A DNA stretch of 64,000 nucleotides from an uncultured Lentimicrobiaceae bacterium (GCA_964544545.1 CAZJCG010000019.1:3031-67030), one strand, 5' to 3'; counted from the stretch's first letter, positions 9,702-20,261 are shown. Translations and numbers: made by a program. The notes: generated by a model not told the origin, from the letters alone.

Positions 9702-12275
9702 ATGCAGGAGACGACAACCAACCCTATGCCCAGGAATACGCTGAAACAGGAAGCTAAAACGCTTTCTGATTCCGGGGAGAAAAAGGAGAAAAAGCCAAAG
9801 AAGCAGCAGGCCCGGGCAACCGATGAGTTGAAGGAGCCAAAACTGGGAAGGCTTGAAAAAACGGCACAGGTTGTCGGCATATTCTCCCTTATCACTTCCC
9901 TATTCCTTTTCGTAGCATTCATTTCCTACCTGTTCAACTGGTTCACCGGCGGAACGGATGATATCTTCTCCGGTATCAGCTTTTCAAGAGTCATGACCGA
10001 TAAGGCCCTGGAAACGCATAACCTTGGCGGACGGTTGGGTGCCGGCCTGTCAACTCTCCTCATCAAACAGGGTTTTGGCGTTGGCACTTTACTTCTCGTG
10101 ATCTGGCTGTTCATCGTGGGAGTCCGTCTTTCCCTCAAGCACACCATCCTTCCCATCGGGAAAAGCTTCGGGATTGCCGTCGTCATGATGGTCTGGACAG
10201 CGCTGACCCTCGGTTTTCTGTTGCAGAACACCCCTTACTCAATTCTCGGAGGTATATCAGGATACGAATCATCGCTTTGGCTCGAAGGCTTCATGGGCAA
10301 GATGGGGCTGATGCTTCTGCTGATCTTTGTTCTTGTCACCTTCCTGGTGATCGTTTATAATTTCTCCCTGCATGCCCTGCGGCAAAGGGTAGTCAACCGC
10401 ACACCCAAAACCGCCGAATTGAATGACATACAGGATGATACAGCTAATAGTTCAGTTGCATCCGGTTTTGGTGGCGACAAGTACAATACGGTGGAATATG
10501 CTGTTAAGGAAGAACATATATCGCCCCCGGAAAAGAATACCCCGGTAGAAAGGCCTGTGATTCAGGAGCCATTGGGACGCACAACCGAATTCGAACCCGT
10601 TGCTGTCCCAACTGCCCGGCATAATACCCCTAATGTGGAATTCACAGTGGAACCGGTCGCGGTTGCACCTGCATCCATTGCCCCGGTTAAGGCTGAGCCC
10701 GAGGATGAGCCGGAAGAGGCAGAAATCCCCCACAACCCTCTTGATTCGCCCTTTGATCCTACCCTGGACCTGGGCAGCTTCAAACTTCCTTCTATCGACC
10801 TGCTGGACGATTATGGTGCCGGAACAATAAGCGTTAACAAAGAAGAGCTGGAAGCAAACAAGAACCGGATCGTTTCCACCCTCGGCAACTATGGTATCCA
10901 GATCGACAAGATCAAAGCAACCATTGGCCCGACTGTTACACTGTACGAGATCATCCCGGCCCCCGGCGTGAGGATCTCCAAGATCAAGAACCTGGAAGAT
11001 GACATTGCACTTAGCCTGTCAGCCCTGGGTATCCGAATCATAGCCCCGATTCCCGGAAAAGGCACAATCGGTATTGAAGTGCCCAATCAGAAACCAGAGA
11101 TCGTCGGGATGAAAACCATTCTCGCTTCCGAAAGGTTCAGCAGTACCAAATACGACTTGCCGTTTGGCATCGGTAAGACAATTGCCAACGAGGACTTCAT
11201 TGCCGACCTCACCAAGATGCCGCATATTCTGATGGCCGGCGCTACCGGACAGGGCAAATCGGTGGGGCTGAACGCCATCATTGCTTCACTGCTTTTCAAG
11301 AAGCACCCATCGGAACTGAAATTCGTCATGGTCGACCCCAAAAAGGTTGAACTTACCCTTTTCTCGAAAATCGAACGTCATTACCTGGCGAAGCTCCCTG
11401 ATTCGGAGGAAGCTATTATCACTGATACGCGAAAGGTCGTCCGTACACTGAACTCCCTGAACATCGAAATGGATCAGCGCTATGACCTGTTGAAAGACGC
11501 CCAGGTAAGGAATATCAAAGAATACAACATCAAGTTCATAGCACGCAAGCTCAACCCGCTCGACGGGCATCGCTTCCTGCCATACATCATCCTGGTGATA
11601 GATGAGTTTGCCGACCTGATCCTTACTGCCGGCAAAGAGGTGGAACATCCCATCACGAGGCTGGCGCAGCTGGCACGTGCTATCGGTATCCACCTCGTGA
11701 TAGCCACACAGCGTCCCAGTGTAAACATCATCACCGGAACCATAAAAGCCAACTTCCCTGCACGTATTGCCTTCAGGGTCATCTCCAAGATCGACTCCCG
11801 GACGATCCTCGACACCGGTGGCGCCGACCAGCTGATCGGTCGCGGCGACATGCTGCTTTCGCAGGGCGGCGATATCATCCGTCTTCAGTGTCCTTTCATC
11901 GACACGCATGAAGTGGAGCGTATCACGGAATTCATAGGTTCTCAGCGGGGATACCCTACGGCCTATTCATTGCCTGAATTCAACGAAGAAGATGCTCAAC
12001 CTGTGGAAGAGATGGATCCCAACGAAAGGGATGAACTCTTTGAAGATGCCGCCTATATCATTGTTGCCGCCCAGCAGGGTTCCACATCGCTGTTACAGCG
12101 AAAGCTAAAGCTTGGTTACAACCGGGCTGGCAGGATCATCGATCAACTGGAAGCAGCAGGCATCGTGGGGCCTTTTGAAGGCAGCAAAGCCAGGGAGGTA
12201 AAAATAGCCACTGAGTTTGCTTTGGAACAGTTTTTGAAAGACATCCGCGCCAAAGAAAATCCGGGCGAATTCTGA
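9702..12275 (+). CDS. ftsK: DNA translocase FtsK
   Basis: The ORF starts at 9624; the start was moved to ATG 9702 because of the -7 box. N-terminal TM helices, Walker A GATGQGKSVGLN, Walker B LVIDEFADL, and the gamma winged helix LLQRKLKLGYNRAGRIIDQLE. Confidence 0.85.
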   Translation: MQETTTNPMPRNTLKQEAKTLSDSGEKKEKKPKKQQARATDELKEPKLGRLEKTAQVVGIFSLITSLFLFVAFISYLFNWFTGGTDDIFSGISFSRVMTDKALETHNLGGRLGAGLSTLLIKQGFGVGTLLLVIWLFIVGVRLSLKHTILPIGKSFGIAVVMMVWTALTLGFLLQNTPYSILGGISGYESSLWLEGFMGKMGLMLLLIFVLVTFLVIVYNFSLHALRQRVVNRTPKTAELNDIQDDTANSSVASGFGGDKYNTVEYAVKEEHISPPEKNTPVERPVIQEPLGRTTEFEPVAVPTARHNTPNVEFTVEPVAVAPASIAPVKAEPEDEPEEAEIPHNPLDSPFDPTLDLGSFKLPSIDLLDDYGAGTISVNKEELEANKNRIVSTLGNYGIQIDKIKATIGPTVTLYEIIPAPGVRISKIKNLEDDIALSLSALGIRIIAPIPGKGTIGIEVPNQKPEIVGMKTILASERFSSTKYDLPFGIGKTIANEDFIADLTKMPHILMAGATGQGKSVGLNAIIASLLFKKHPSELKFVMVDPKKVELTLFSKIERHYLAKLPDSEEAIITDTRKVVRTLNSLNIEMDQRYDLLKDAQVRNIKEYNIKFIARKLNPLDGHRFLPYIILVIDEFADLILTAGKEVEHPITRLAQLARAIGIHLVIATQRPSVNIITGTIKANFPARIAFRVISKIDSRTILDTGGADQLIGRGDMLLSQGGDIIRLQCPFIDTHEVERITEFIGSQRGYPTAYSLPEFNEEDAQPVEEMDPNERDELFEDAAYIIVAAQQGSTSLLQRKLKLGYNRAGRIIDQLEAAGIVGPFEGSKAREVKIATEFALEQFLKDIRAKENPGEF

Positions 12276-12343
12276 TCTGTATTGAAAAATCTACAATCCG
12301 GGCTGCCTTATCAGGTGCAGCCATCTAATCTCAAAATGCAAGC

Positions 12344-12973
12344 ATGAAAAAATCAATTCTTCTTTGCCTGGCCCTGGTCGCTGTTTACACGCTCCGGGCC
12401 CAAAACGATTCCAAAGCCACAACCATCCTGAACGAGGTATCCGCTAAAACCAAAGCCTACAAATCGATCCGCATCGATTTCACCTATACTATGGATAACA
12501 AGAAAGATAAGATCCATGACAAATTCACCGGCACCCTGCTTTCCAAGGGTGATAAATACAAGCTTTCCGTTGCCAGGCAGGATGTGATCTGCGACGGTAA
12601 AACCGTCTGGACCTACCTGAAGGATGCCAATGAAGTTCAGATAAACGATGCCGGCACCGATGATGATTCTTTCACCCCCACCCGGATGCTCACCAATTAT
12701 TCAAAGGAGCACAAATCGAAATTCATCGAAGAGAAAGGAAATACGCAGGTGGTTGAACTTTACCCGCTTGCAAAGAATAAGAGCTATTCAAAAGTCCGGC
12801 TTTCGATCGACAAATCGAAAAAGCAGATCCAGCAGTTCATCATCTATGATAAAGGTGGCAGCATCTTCACTTACCTGGTCAATAAGTTCGTTACCGATCA
12901 GGGCGTAAGCGACAAAGAATTCACCTTTAACAAAGCAGAACATCCCGGCGTTTCGGTGGATGACATGCGTTGA
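12344..12973 (+). CDS. LolA-like outer-membrane lipoprotein carrier protein
   Basis: 209 aa with a signal peptide. The position after ftsK and the overall LolA-like sequence (TVWTYLKDANEVQIND...) support the call. Confidence 0.65.
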   Translation: MKKSILLCLALVAVYTLRAQNDSKATTILNEVSAKTKAYKSIRIDFTYTMDNKKDKIHDKFTGTLLSKGDKYKLSVARQDVICDGKTVWTYLKDANEVQINDAGTDDDSFTPTRMLTNYSKEHKSKFIEEKGNTQVVELYPLAKNKSYSKVRLSIDKSKKQIQQFIIYDKGGSIFTYLVNKFVTDQGVSDKEFTFNKAEHPGVSVDDMR

Positions 12974-12988
12974 TCTGCCGGCAGAAAC

Positions 12989-13552
12989 TCATCTCCTCCC
13001 GTGCAGTCCTGTCTCCCTGTATAGTTTGACAAGCAGTTTCCGCCCAATGTTTTTAAATCCGGGGCTCCCCTCGGCCATCTGAAATTCAATACTGTCAATC
13101 AATTCATCCCGAATCTCCGGGAATGTGCGCGAGAGCGTGTACAGTATTGTCATGCTATAGAACTTGGCTGCAACAGCTTCGGCTGGTGAAAGAAGCCATT
13201 CAAAGCAGATATCGAGCAGTGCGCCTTGCTTTTCTGCAGGTATCTCATTCCTGGCAATCATTCTCAGAGCATGCCGTTTCATTCCGTCATGCCTGAAAGT
13301 GGATAGCAGGTCAACCAGCCTCGGAATATAGGGTGTAACCCAATCCGGTTCGGATTCTGAGACCGTGTCAATGATCCAGGCTGCCCTTCGGGAAACAGGC
13401 TCTTCATTCGAAAGGTAGATTTCCCAAAGCTGGTGGATCAATTCCGGCTTCTGCCTGACAAAATTCCCGACGAAATCGGTGTTCGCCCGCGAATTGTCCT
13501 GTAGCAGGTACTTCCTCAACTGTTCGGAATCATCCGGAAGGTTCATGACCAA
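12989..13552 (-). CDS. Hypothetical alpha-helical (HEAT-like) protein
   Basis: 187-aa ORF with no signal peptide and helical repeat character. No function recognised. Confidence 0.5.
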   Translation of the reverse strand: MVMNLPDDSEQLRKYLLQDNSRANTDFVGNFVRQKPELIHQLWEIYLSNEEPVSRRAAWIIDTVSESEPDWVTPYIPRLVDLLSTFRHDGMKRHALRMIARNEIPAEKQGALLDICFEWLLSPAEAVAAKFYSMTILYTLSRTFPEIRDELIDSIEFQMAEGSPGFKNIGRKLLVKLYRETGLHGRR

Positions 13553-13653
13553 TGAAGTGTATGGATGGCGAAATTATGAAAATGAGGCATGGGAAGAATT
13601 AGCGGATGATGATTTCCGATGCCGAAAGATAGAAGTTATTTCAGACTTCCCTT

Positions 13654-13695
13654 TCTGCGATTATCTGCGTTCTGATCTGCGTTATCTGCGGGAAA
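13654..13695. repeat. ATCTGCG-type repeat fragment (partial copy of mosaic module E)
   Basis: TTCTGCGATTATCTGCGTTCTGATCTGCGTTATCTGCGGGAAAC has four (T)CTGCG words. The same words occur in the mosaics at 24241..24350, 24488..24590 and 53110..53155. Confidence 0.5.
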
Positions 13696-13931
13696 CATAT
13701 ACGACCACACCGGCAACAGTTGACCGGTTAGGGATATCGACATGAATTCCGGCTTCTCTGTGAAGTTCTGCTCAATAAAATACAATTACACAGCCACCCC
13801 TGAGATTTCCACTGAGCTTCAAATAGTAGGTTCGAAACCTGATTCTGCCTGATACCTGCCCGATACAGTACCCATTGTTTCTTCCATGAATCGTTTTTTT
13901 TCTGACTTTTGCATCCTGATCTGGATCACTG

Positions 13932-15770
13932 ATGAAGAAAAGACTATTCCTTTTCGCCGGCCACCTTGTTTTCTGGTATGTGCTCTTTGTTCTTGCCAGG
14001 ATTGCCTTCCTGCTTTATAACTGGGATCAGACTTCACACCTTTCGCCGGCCACAGCTCTCAATACAATCCGATACGGATTCCGTCTCGACCTTTCCATGA
14101 TCTCGTACCTGACAGTACTTCCGGGATTGCTGATCACCCTGAGTGGTTTCACCGACACGAAATGGATCCGCAAGGTATTTTCCGGATACGAACTGTTGCT
14201 GGCATTGCTATTCAGCAGTATTGTAAGTATCGACGCCGTTCTATACTCCTATTGGGGATTCCGCCTTGATGCCACTCCCCTCTTTTATATGAACAACCTG
14301 AAAGCCATGACGGCCTCGGTGAACGGCTGGACCTGGGCAGGTGGGGTCATTCTCATCGGTTTGCTGACATTCATTCTTTTCAAAGCCTTCCTACTACTGT
14401 TCCGAAAAACGCTGGCCTCGTTAGAAAAGGGCCGGGCATCATCCTTTACTCTCTTTGCCCTGACAATCCTGTTGTTCATCCCTCTCCGCGGAGGTGTAGG
14501 CCTGTCGGCAGTCACCATCAGCAGTGCATACTTTTCCGGCAACCAGTTTGCCAATCACGCTGCCATCAATCCGATGTGGAACCTGGCCTTCTCCCTTTCC
14601 GAGTCGAAGGATCTGGAAAAGAAATACATTTACTATGATGATGCCACCATGGAACAGCTGGTTGCGCCTCTCACCGCAAGAGAAGGCGACGTCATTCCGG
14701 TGCTCCGGACGGATCATCCGAATATCCTGCTGATCATCGTTGAGAGCCTGACAGCTAAAGCCGTTGGCGTGACCGGCAACCTGAAAGGCATCACTCCGAA
14801 TCTCGACAGTCTGTCGCACGAAGGCATTCTGTTCGACAGGATATTTGCCAGTTCCGACCGTACCGACAAAGGAATAGCTGCAGTCGTTTCCGGATATCCT
14901 TCCCTGCCGGGCTCCACTCCGCTGAAATACCAGAAACTGACCGAGAAACTCAGCTTTATTCCCCGGGAACTCAAAAAAAAGGGATACAAATCCTCATTCC
15001 TTTACGGAGGCACCCTCGACTTTGCCAACTACCGTTCTTACCTGGTACAGGCTGGATACGACAGATTTGTGTCGGAAGATGACTTTGCCGAGAATGAACT
15101 TTCATCCAAATGGGGAGCCTGGGACCATGTCCTGCTAAACCGTGTGCTGAAGGAAACCCCCAATGGGTCCAACGGCTTCTTCAAGACTATCCTTACCCTT
15201 ACGAGCCATGAACCTTTTGATATCCCGACAAAGCCGTTGCTGAAAGGGAGAGATACAGAATCCCTTTACCTGAACTCTCTTCATTACACCGATCAGGCGA
15301 TAGGCGATTTCATCCGTACAGCCAAAACCCGTGACTGGTGGGACAACACACTGGTGGTGATCATTGCCGACCATGGAAGCAAAATGCCCGGTAATTCGGG
15401 GAGCGATGATTTCCTCCGTCAACATATCCCGATGATCTGGCTGGGAGGCGCGTTAGCCGTTCACGACACGGTGATCCATACCATAGGTTCCCAGATGGAT
15501 CTGGCCTCCACGCTTCTTAACCAATTGAACATCAACACCGGCTCATTCCTCTTCAGTAAAAATATCCTCTCTACAAAGCCGAATGCGTATGCTTTCTATA
15601 CCTTCAACGAAGGATTCGGATACCTTACCATGAACGAATTCCTGGTCTACAATGTCATCACGGATAAGTATACGACGGTAACCAACAAGAATGACACCTT
15701 GTTGCAGGACCAGGCCAAAGCATACTTACAGTTGCTTTATACCGACTTTTTCAGGGCGACCGGAAAATGA
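13932..15770 (+). CDS. LTA-synthase/sulfatase family membrane transferase (phosphoglycerol or phosphoethanolamine transferase-like)
   Basis: 612 aa. An N-terminal multi-TM region is followed by an alkaline-phosphatase-superfamily domain (NILLIIVESLTAK, SSDRTDKG, LTLTSHEPF, VVIIADHG). Confidence 0.75.
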   Translation: MKKRLFLFAGHLVFWYVLFVLARIAFLLYNWDQTSHLSPATALNTIRYGFRLDLSMISYLTVLPGLLITLSGFTDTKWIRKVFSGYELLLALLFSSIVSIDAVLYSYWGFRLDATPLFYMNNLKAMTASVNGWTWAGGVILIGLLTFILFKAFLLLFRKTLASLEKGRASSFTLFALTILLFIPLRGGVGLSAVTISSAYFSGNQFANHAAINPMWNLAFSLSESKDLEKKYIYYDDATMEQLVAPLTAREGDVIPVLRTDHPNILLIIVESLTAKAVGVTGNLKGITPNLDSLSHEGILFDRIFASSDRTDKGIAAVVSGYPSLPGSTPLKYQKLTEKLSFIPRELKKKGYKSSFLYGGTLDFANYRSYLVQAGYDRFVSEDDFAENELSSKWGAWDHVLLNRVLKETPNGSNGFFKTILTLTSHEPFDIPTKPLLKGRDTESLYLNSLHYTDQAIGDFIRTAKTRDWWDNTLVVIIADHGSKMPGNSGSDDFLRQHIPMIWLGGALAVHDTVIHTIGSQMDLASTLLNQLNINTGSFLFSKNILSTKPNAYAFYTFNEGFGYLTMNEFLVYNVITDKYTTVTNKNDTLLQDQAKAYLQLLYTDFFRATGK

Positions 15771-15791
15771 CAGGAACTGCTGATTGAACAA

Positions 15792-15807
15792 CCTGAAGGT
15801 TTTCAGG
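15792..15807. terminator. Hairpin between convergent genes (possible bidirectional terminator)
   Basis: CCTGAA-GGTT-TTCAGG lies between the stops at 15770 (+) and 15814 (-). The stem is short and there is no clear T run. Confidence 0.25.
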
Positions 15808-15813
15808 AAGAGG

Positions 15814-17814
15814 CTATTTCTGCTCAGGCTTCACTCCCGTAACCTCATAGTTCAGTTTTAATATCGATGCGGGCTCATTGTCATCGGAACCGATCTGCAT
15901 GACCCTGGAAAGGAAGCCTGGGTATTTGTCCTCAATGAAAGAAATGAACCGTTCGACCGTATTAACGGTCTGGCCATTCTTCACCAGCGAGTTCCTGCGG
16001 ATATTTGCCGTAAGCACATGCGATACGTTGTTCTTCACAAGGATGTTCAACAGGGAGTCGGGATAGATCAGCGTAGAAGCTTTGTCGTCCTTGCCTCTCA
16101 AGACCATGAGTGAGTCAGGAAGCGTGATAGCCTTTATTCCCATGGTATTCAGGCCGGAGATTGTCTTCATCTTCAGGCTGTCGGGAAATCTGTCGACAAA
16201 GAACACGCTCTCTGCTGTAATGAACTGGGCTACCATGTTTCTTTTCAGCACCTGGTATACTTCGGGTGGCATCTGTTTCCCTTCGAAATCCTTATAGGAA
16301 AAGGCCACCAGAGAAGCGGGATCTGATTTCCATCGGTTGAAGAAATCTCCCGAATTATAGGTTGGCATCTGCATCAGACCGTAGAAATTCCTGCCCTTGC
16401 CATACACGAACGATATGGATGGTTTGCGACAGGCAATCACAGCCTCTTTCGGCAGGTTGACAGCAGCCCATTCGCTGGCCTGCAGGTAATGCTTCCAGTC
16501 GGGAGTAAGCCCGCCAAACCGGCCCGATTCCTTCCGGGCTTCGCCGATAGCGAGGGTGGAGGCCCCCAGCGTTTGCAGGAATGCAATCACAACCACTAAC
16601 GGCAGGATAAACTGCAGCACCCTGAACTTCCTGAGCTGCGATCCGTAATAGAGGGTTGACAAAAGCAACAAGAGCAGCATAAAGAAGGCGGGCACTATCA
16701 GCCTTCCCTGGTCCCACTTGGCCTGCAGCACGACAAAGGTGACCAGCAGGAATGCGCCGGTCATTAAACCGGTAAAGAACAGGTAGTTGTTCTTCCGGTA
16801 TGTCAGACCAAGGCCCAGAAAAGCCAGCAGATACACAAGCAACGTTACTGCCGGGACCGGAGTGAGGGTTGGTGCCTGGGTCCGGTAGCCGATCATGTAC
16901 ATGAAATGCTTCGAAAGATAAAGATTGGAGTTATCCACAAGCCTCTTCACCATGCCACCGAGATCCTCTTTTCCATCCTGTGGATTGTAATAATCCTTAT
17001 TCATGAGACCGCTGCCCTGGGTAGAGAATTGCAGGCCGCCCTCATGCCAGGCCACATACTTGACTCCCTGAAAAAGAATGAACATCAGTCCGAAAGCGAT
17101 GACCGACATGGCCAGGTTCTTCCATTGCCCTTTCAGCAGGAAGTAACCGGCAACGGCTATAACAGCTGAGTATCCTATGCTGCGGGTGAGCGTCAGTGCT
17201 AGAAGGCATATTGCCAGGAGCAGGTGCCGCCTCACATCGTCGCCAACCGAACCGGCCTTTTCCTGATCGATGAATTTGCGGAAGAAGACAAGCAGCAAGA
17301 GGGCCTGCATGAATATATAGAATGCTTCCGAATAGGTCTGGCTGGCATAATACAGGAGGTAGGAGTTAATGCTGATCAGGAACATGGAAGCTACGAGTAT
17401 CGTCGCAGGCACCCGTTTGCAGAAGCTTTTATAGCTCAGGTAAATGAATGCCAGCATCGAAGCGAGCGAAACCAGCTTCAGCGGGGTAAGGCTTATTCCG
17501 AACACAGCAACCACCAATCCGAGTACCATTGGGTAAAGCGGCCCCTGAAAAGCCGGATATTTAAAAGATTTAATGAATTCCGATGCGCGGTTGATGTAAA
17601 AGGAGTCATCCCCTGACAAACTCACCTTCGGATCGAACAGCAACAGACTAAAGAGTAACGTAATCCCCATGAACACCCATATCAGCCAGGAATGGCGCTG
17701 ATCGAAAAAGCGGTCGAGCGACTCCAGGAATGTGCTGTCACTTTGTCCGGTTACTTTCTTTTTTTTATCCCTGGAAGTGACAGGATTTTTCTCGGTACGG
17801 ATGTCTTTTGCCAT
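15814..17814 (-). CDS. Polytopic membrane glycosyltransferase, GT39/ArnT-like
   Basis: 666 aa. About 12 predicted TM helices in the first 450 aa, then a soluble C-terminal domain. The N-terminal loop SGDDSFYINRASEF resembles the PMT/ArnT family. Confidence 0.5.
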   Translation of the reverse strand: MAKDIRTEKNPVTSRDKKKKVTGQSDSTFLESLDRFFDQRHSWLIWVFMGITLLFSLLLFDPKVSLSGDDSFYINRASEFIKSFKYPAFQGPLYPMVLGLVVAVFGISLTPLKLVSLASMLAFIYLSYKSFCKRVPATILVASMFLISINSYLLYYASQTYSEAFYIFMQALLLLVFFRKFIDQEKAGSVGDDVRRHLLLAICLLALTLTRSIGYSAVIAVAGYFLLKGQWKNLAMSVIAFGLMFILFQGVKYVAWHEGGLQFSTQGSGLMNKDYYNPQDGKEDLGGMVKRLVDNSNLYLSKHFMYMIGYRTQAPTLTPVPAVTLLVYLLAFLGLGLTYRKNNYLFFTGLMTGAFLLVTFVVLQAKWDQGRLIVPAFFMLLLLLLSTLYYGSQLRKFRVLQFILPLVVVIAFLQTLGASTLAIGEARKESGRFGGLTPDWKHYLQASEWAAVNLPKEAVIACRKPSISFVYGKGRNFYGLMQMPTYNSGDFFNRWKSDPASLVAFSYKDFEGKQMPPEVYQVLKRNMVAQFITAESVFFVDRFPDSLKMKTISGLNTMGIKAITLPDSLMVLRGKDDKASTLIYPDSLLNILVKNNVSHVLTANIRRNSLVKNGQTVNTVERFISFIEDKYPGFLSRVMQIGSDDNEPASILKLNYEVTGVKPEQK

Positions 17815-18143
17815 AGGACCAGTGATTTAGATCATTTATAGAGATGACGGCTTTTTATAATGAGTTACAAAAGTAAAAAACTGTGGAAACATCTGTCATG
17901 TCCCTTGCGATTCTTACGGCAGGAGCCTCATGACCCAGGGGCAGATACATAAGATCAACTGAGGCTGTTTCATTATACCTGCAGGAAGATCACCCGAACA
18001 ACACTGCATAACCGGAACCAAGTTCACATTCCTTTGATCCGAGGCATCTCAACGATACATTTTCACTAAGATTCGGCAGAATTTTCATACGTTTGCGTGA
18101 ATTATACTAGTGAAGTCACGGCTTAGTGCCGAAATTACAATAT

Positions 18144-19547
18144 ATGAATAAAGAAGAATTGCTGGATTTCTATCGGCGTACTGCCGGTTCGCGGGAACGC
18201 TGGAAGAAAAGGAACCGCTTTTATCATCGTTCACTCGAAGGTTTCTTTTCCTTTATCATACCGGAGGGTAAAAAGGTACTTGAAGTAGGTTGCGGCAGCG
18301 GTGATCTGCTTAACTCCGTGCATCCCGCTTACGGTGTCGGAATTGATTTTGCTCCCGAGTACATTGAAATCGCCCGGAAGAAATACCCGGAACTGCATTT
18401 TGAGGTCGATGATATTGAGCAATTGCAATTGCAGGGGCAGTTTGACTATATACTCCTCTCCGATCTCACCAATTGTCTCTGGGATGTGCAGAAAGCGCTG
18501 CACAACCTCCGACGACTCTGTCATGCCCAGACCCGGATCATCATATCACAGTATAACTACATGTGGGAACCTTTTCTGAGGATGGGTGAGTTTATGCACC
18601 TAAAACTCAGGCAGCCTGCCCAGAACTGGTTCACGACCAGTGATCTTCAGAATCTGCTTCAACTCGAAGGATACCAGTCCATCAAGATTGAACGAAAACT
18701 CCTGTTACCTAAGTACATACCTGTACTGAATGCAATCTTCAATAAATTCTTTGCCAACCTTCCCCTGATCAGTCACCTGAACCTGGTCAACCTTGTCGTT
18801 GCCAGACCTGTACTGTCGGACGACCAGGAATACAGTGTATCCATTGTTGTTCCGGCCCGGAATGAACGGGGCAACATCGAGAATGCCATACTTCGCACAC
18901 CGGCTTTCGGCACACACCAACAGTTCATTTTCGTAGAAGGCAATTCAGCCGATCAAACCTTTGAGGAGATGCTGCGGGTAAAGGAATCCCATCCGGATAA
19001 GGATATCCTGGTAATGAAACAAAGTGGAAAAGGGAAAGGCAATGCCGTACGCGAAGGATTCGATGCCGCCACCGGTGAGATCCTGATGATCCTGGATGCC
19101 GACCTCACCATGCCGCCCGAAGAACTACCCAAGTTCTATGATGCACTCCGTTATAACAAAGGTGAATTCATCAACGGAAGCCGGCTGGTTTATCCAATGG
19201 ATAAAAATGCCATGCGATTCCTGAACCTGCTTGGCAATAAATTCTTCGGCTGGTTCTTTACTTACCTGCTGGGACAGCGGCTGAAGGATACCCTGTGCGG
19301 TACCAAAGTGCTGTACAAACGCGATTATGAGCAGGTCATGAAGAACAGGAGCTATTTTGGAGATTTTGATCCTTTTGGCGATTTTGACCTCCTGTTCGGC
19401 GCAGCCAAACTCAACCTGAAGATCGTGGAGATCATCATCCGCTACCGCGAACGGGAGTACGGAAGCACACAGATCAGCCGGTTCAAACACGGATGGCTGC
19501 TGATCCGGATGAGCGCTTTTGCAGCACGGAAACTGAAATTTCGATAA
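18144..19547 (+). CDS. Fusion of class I SAM-methyltransferase and GT2 glycosyltransferase
   Basis: The ORF opens with GTG at 18126; the ATG at 18144 is preferred. The N-terminal half has the SAM motif VLEVGCGSGDL. The C-terminal half has GT2 features (SIVVPARNE, ILDADLT). A TACGTTTG -7 box lies at 18088..18095. Confidence 0.75.
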   Translation: MNKEELLDFYRRTAGSRERWKKRNRFYHRSLEGFFSFIIPEGKKVLEVGCGSGDLLNSVHPAYGVGIDFAPEYIEIARKKYPELHFEVDDIEQLQLQGQFDYILLSDLTNCLWDVQKALHNLRRLCHAQTRIIISQYNYMWEPFLRMGEFMHLKLRQPAQNWFTTSDLQNLLQLEGYQSIKIERKLLLPKYIPVLNAIFNKFFANLPLISHLNLVNLVVARPVLSDDQEYSVSIVVPARNERGNIENAILRTPAFGTHQQFIFVEGNSADQTFEEMLRVKESHPDKDILVMKQSGKGKGNAVREGFDAATGEILMILDADLTMPPEELPKFYDALRYNKGEFINGSRLVYPMDKNAMRFLNLLGNKFFGWFFTYLLGQRLKDTLCGTKVLYKRDYEQVMKNRSYFGDFDPFGDFDLLFGAAKLNLKIVEIIIRYREREYGSTQISRFKHGWLLIRMSAFAARKLKFR

Positions 19548-19563
19548 ATTCCCGCACTTTCTC

Positions 19564-19594
19564 TTGCTTTCTCATTCCTGCTTGATTATTTTTG
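19564..19594 (+). promoter_or_regulatory. Bacteroidota-type promoter candidate (TTG-N20-TATTTTTG)
   Basis: TTG at 19564..19566 and TATTTTTG at 19587..19594, 26 nt upstream of the ATG at 19620. Confidence 0.45.
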
Positions 19595-19619
19595 TTCTAT
19601 TAACCAAAAATCCATATCC

Positions 19620-20261
19620 ATGAAAAAACCAGCAATTTTATTTTTAACTCTGTTCTTTGCAGCAAGCATGGCATTTGCGCAATTCGAGAAAGGTAACATG
19701 TTATTGGCAGGTTACAGCAATCTTGGTCTCGATATCGGCAAGCAGAAGTACAAGTATAATGGAACTACCTCAGAGAACTTCAAATATTTTGAGTTCAACC
19801 TGACTCCGGAAGCCGGCTACTTTGTGATCGATAAACTGGCAGTCGGTGCTTTCCTCGATGTTGACCTGGAACGATACAAATACACCGATGATGATATAGA
19901 CCTCTATACAAAGTTTATCATCGGTCCTGTGGCCCGTTACTATTTCATCCAGCTCGACAAGTTGAATCCGTTTGTTGAAGGCAGGATCGGGATTGGAGCA
20001 CAGAAATACAAAACGAAGTACTCCGGCGGCTCCGACAGCGAATCGAAATATTCATACTTCACAACAAAGCTTGGTGTAGGCAATACCACCTTCCTTACAG
20101 AAAAGCTAGGTCTCGATCTCTTCATCGGATACGACTATGATGTCTGGACAGAAAAGAATGATGATTCAGGCGGAGTAAAGAGTGTTGCAGCCGATGATTC
20201 AAAAGAACTCTGGAGTTCTTTTGAAATCAACCTGGGGCTGTCCTATTTCTTCTCCAAATAA
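19620..20261 (+). CDS. Outer-membrane beta-barrel protein (OmpW/porin-like)
   Basis: 213 aa with a signal peptide, alternating amphipathic beta-strand pattern, and a C-terminal aromatic end (LGLSYFFSK). Confidence 0.65.
   Translation: MKKPAILFLTLFFAASMAFAQFEKGNMLLAGYSNLGLDIGKQKYKYNGTTSENFKYFEFNLTPEAGYFVIDKLAVGAFLDVDLERYKYTDDDIDLYTKFIIGPVARYYFIQLDKLNPFVEGRIGIGAQKYKTKYSGGSDSESKYSYFTTKLGVGNTTFLTEKLGLDLFIGYDYDVWTEKNDDSGGVKSVAADDSKELWSSFEINLGLSYFFSK

Noticed and set aside
13479-13745. 88-aa plus-strand ORF in the spacer after 12989..13552
   Set aside because: It overlaps the 5' end of the minus-strand gene and then runs through the ATCTGCG repeat fragment. It has no recognisable features.
16931-16939. 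Perfect DnaA box TTATCCACA
   Set aside because: It is a single isolated box inside the GT39-like coding sequence, with no cluster of boxes or AT-rich unwinding element. It is not evidence for oriC.
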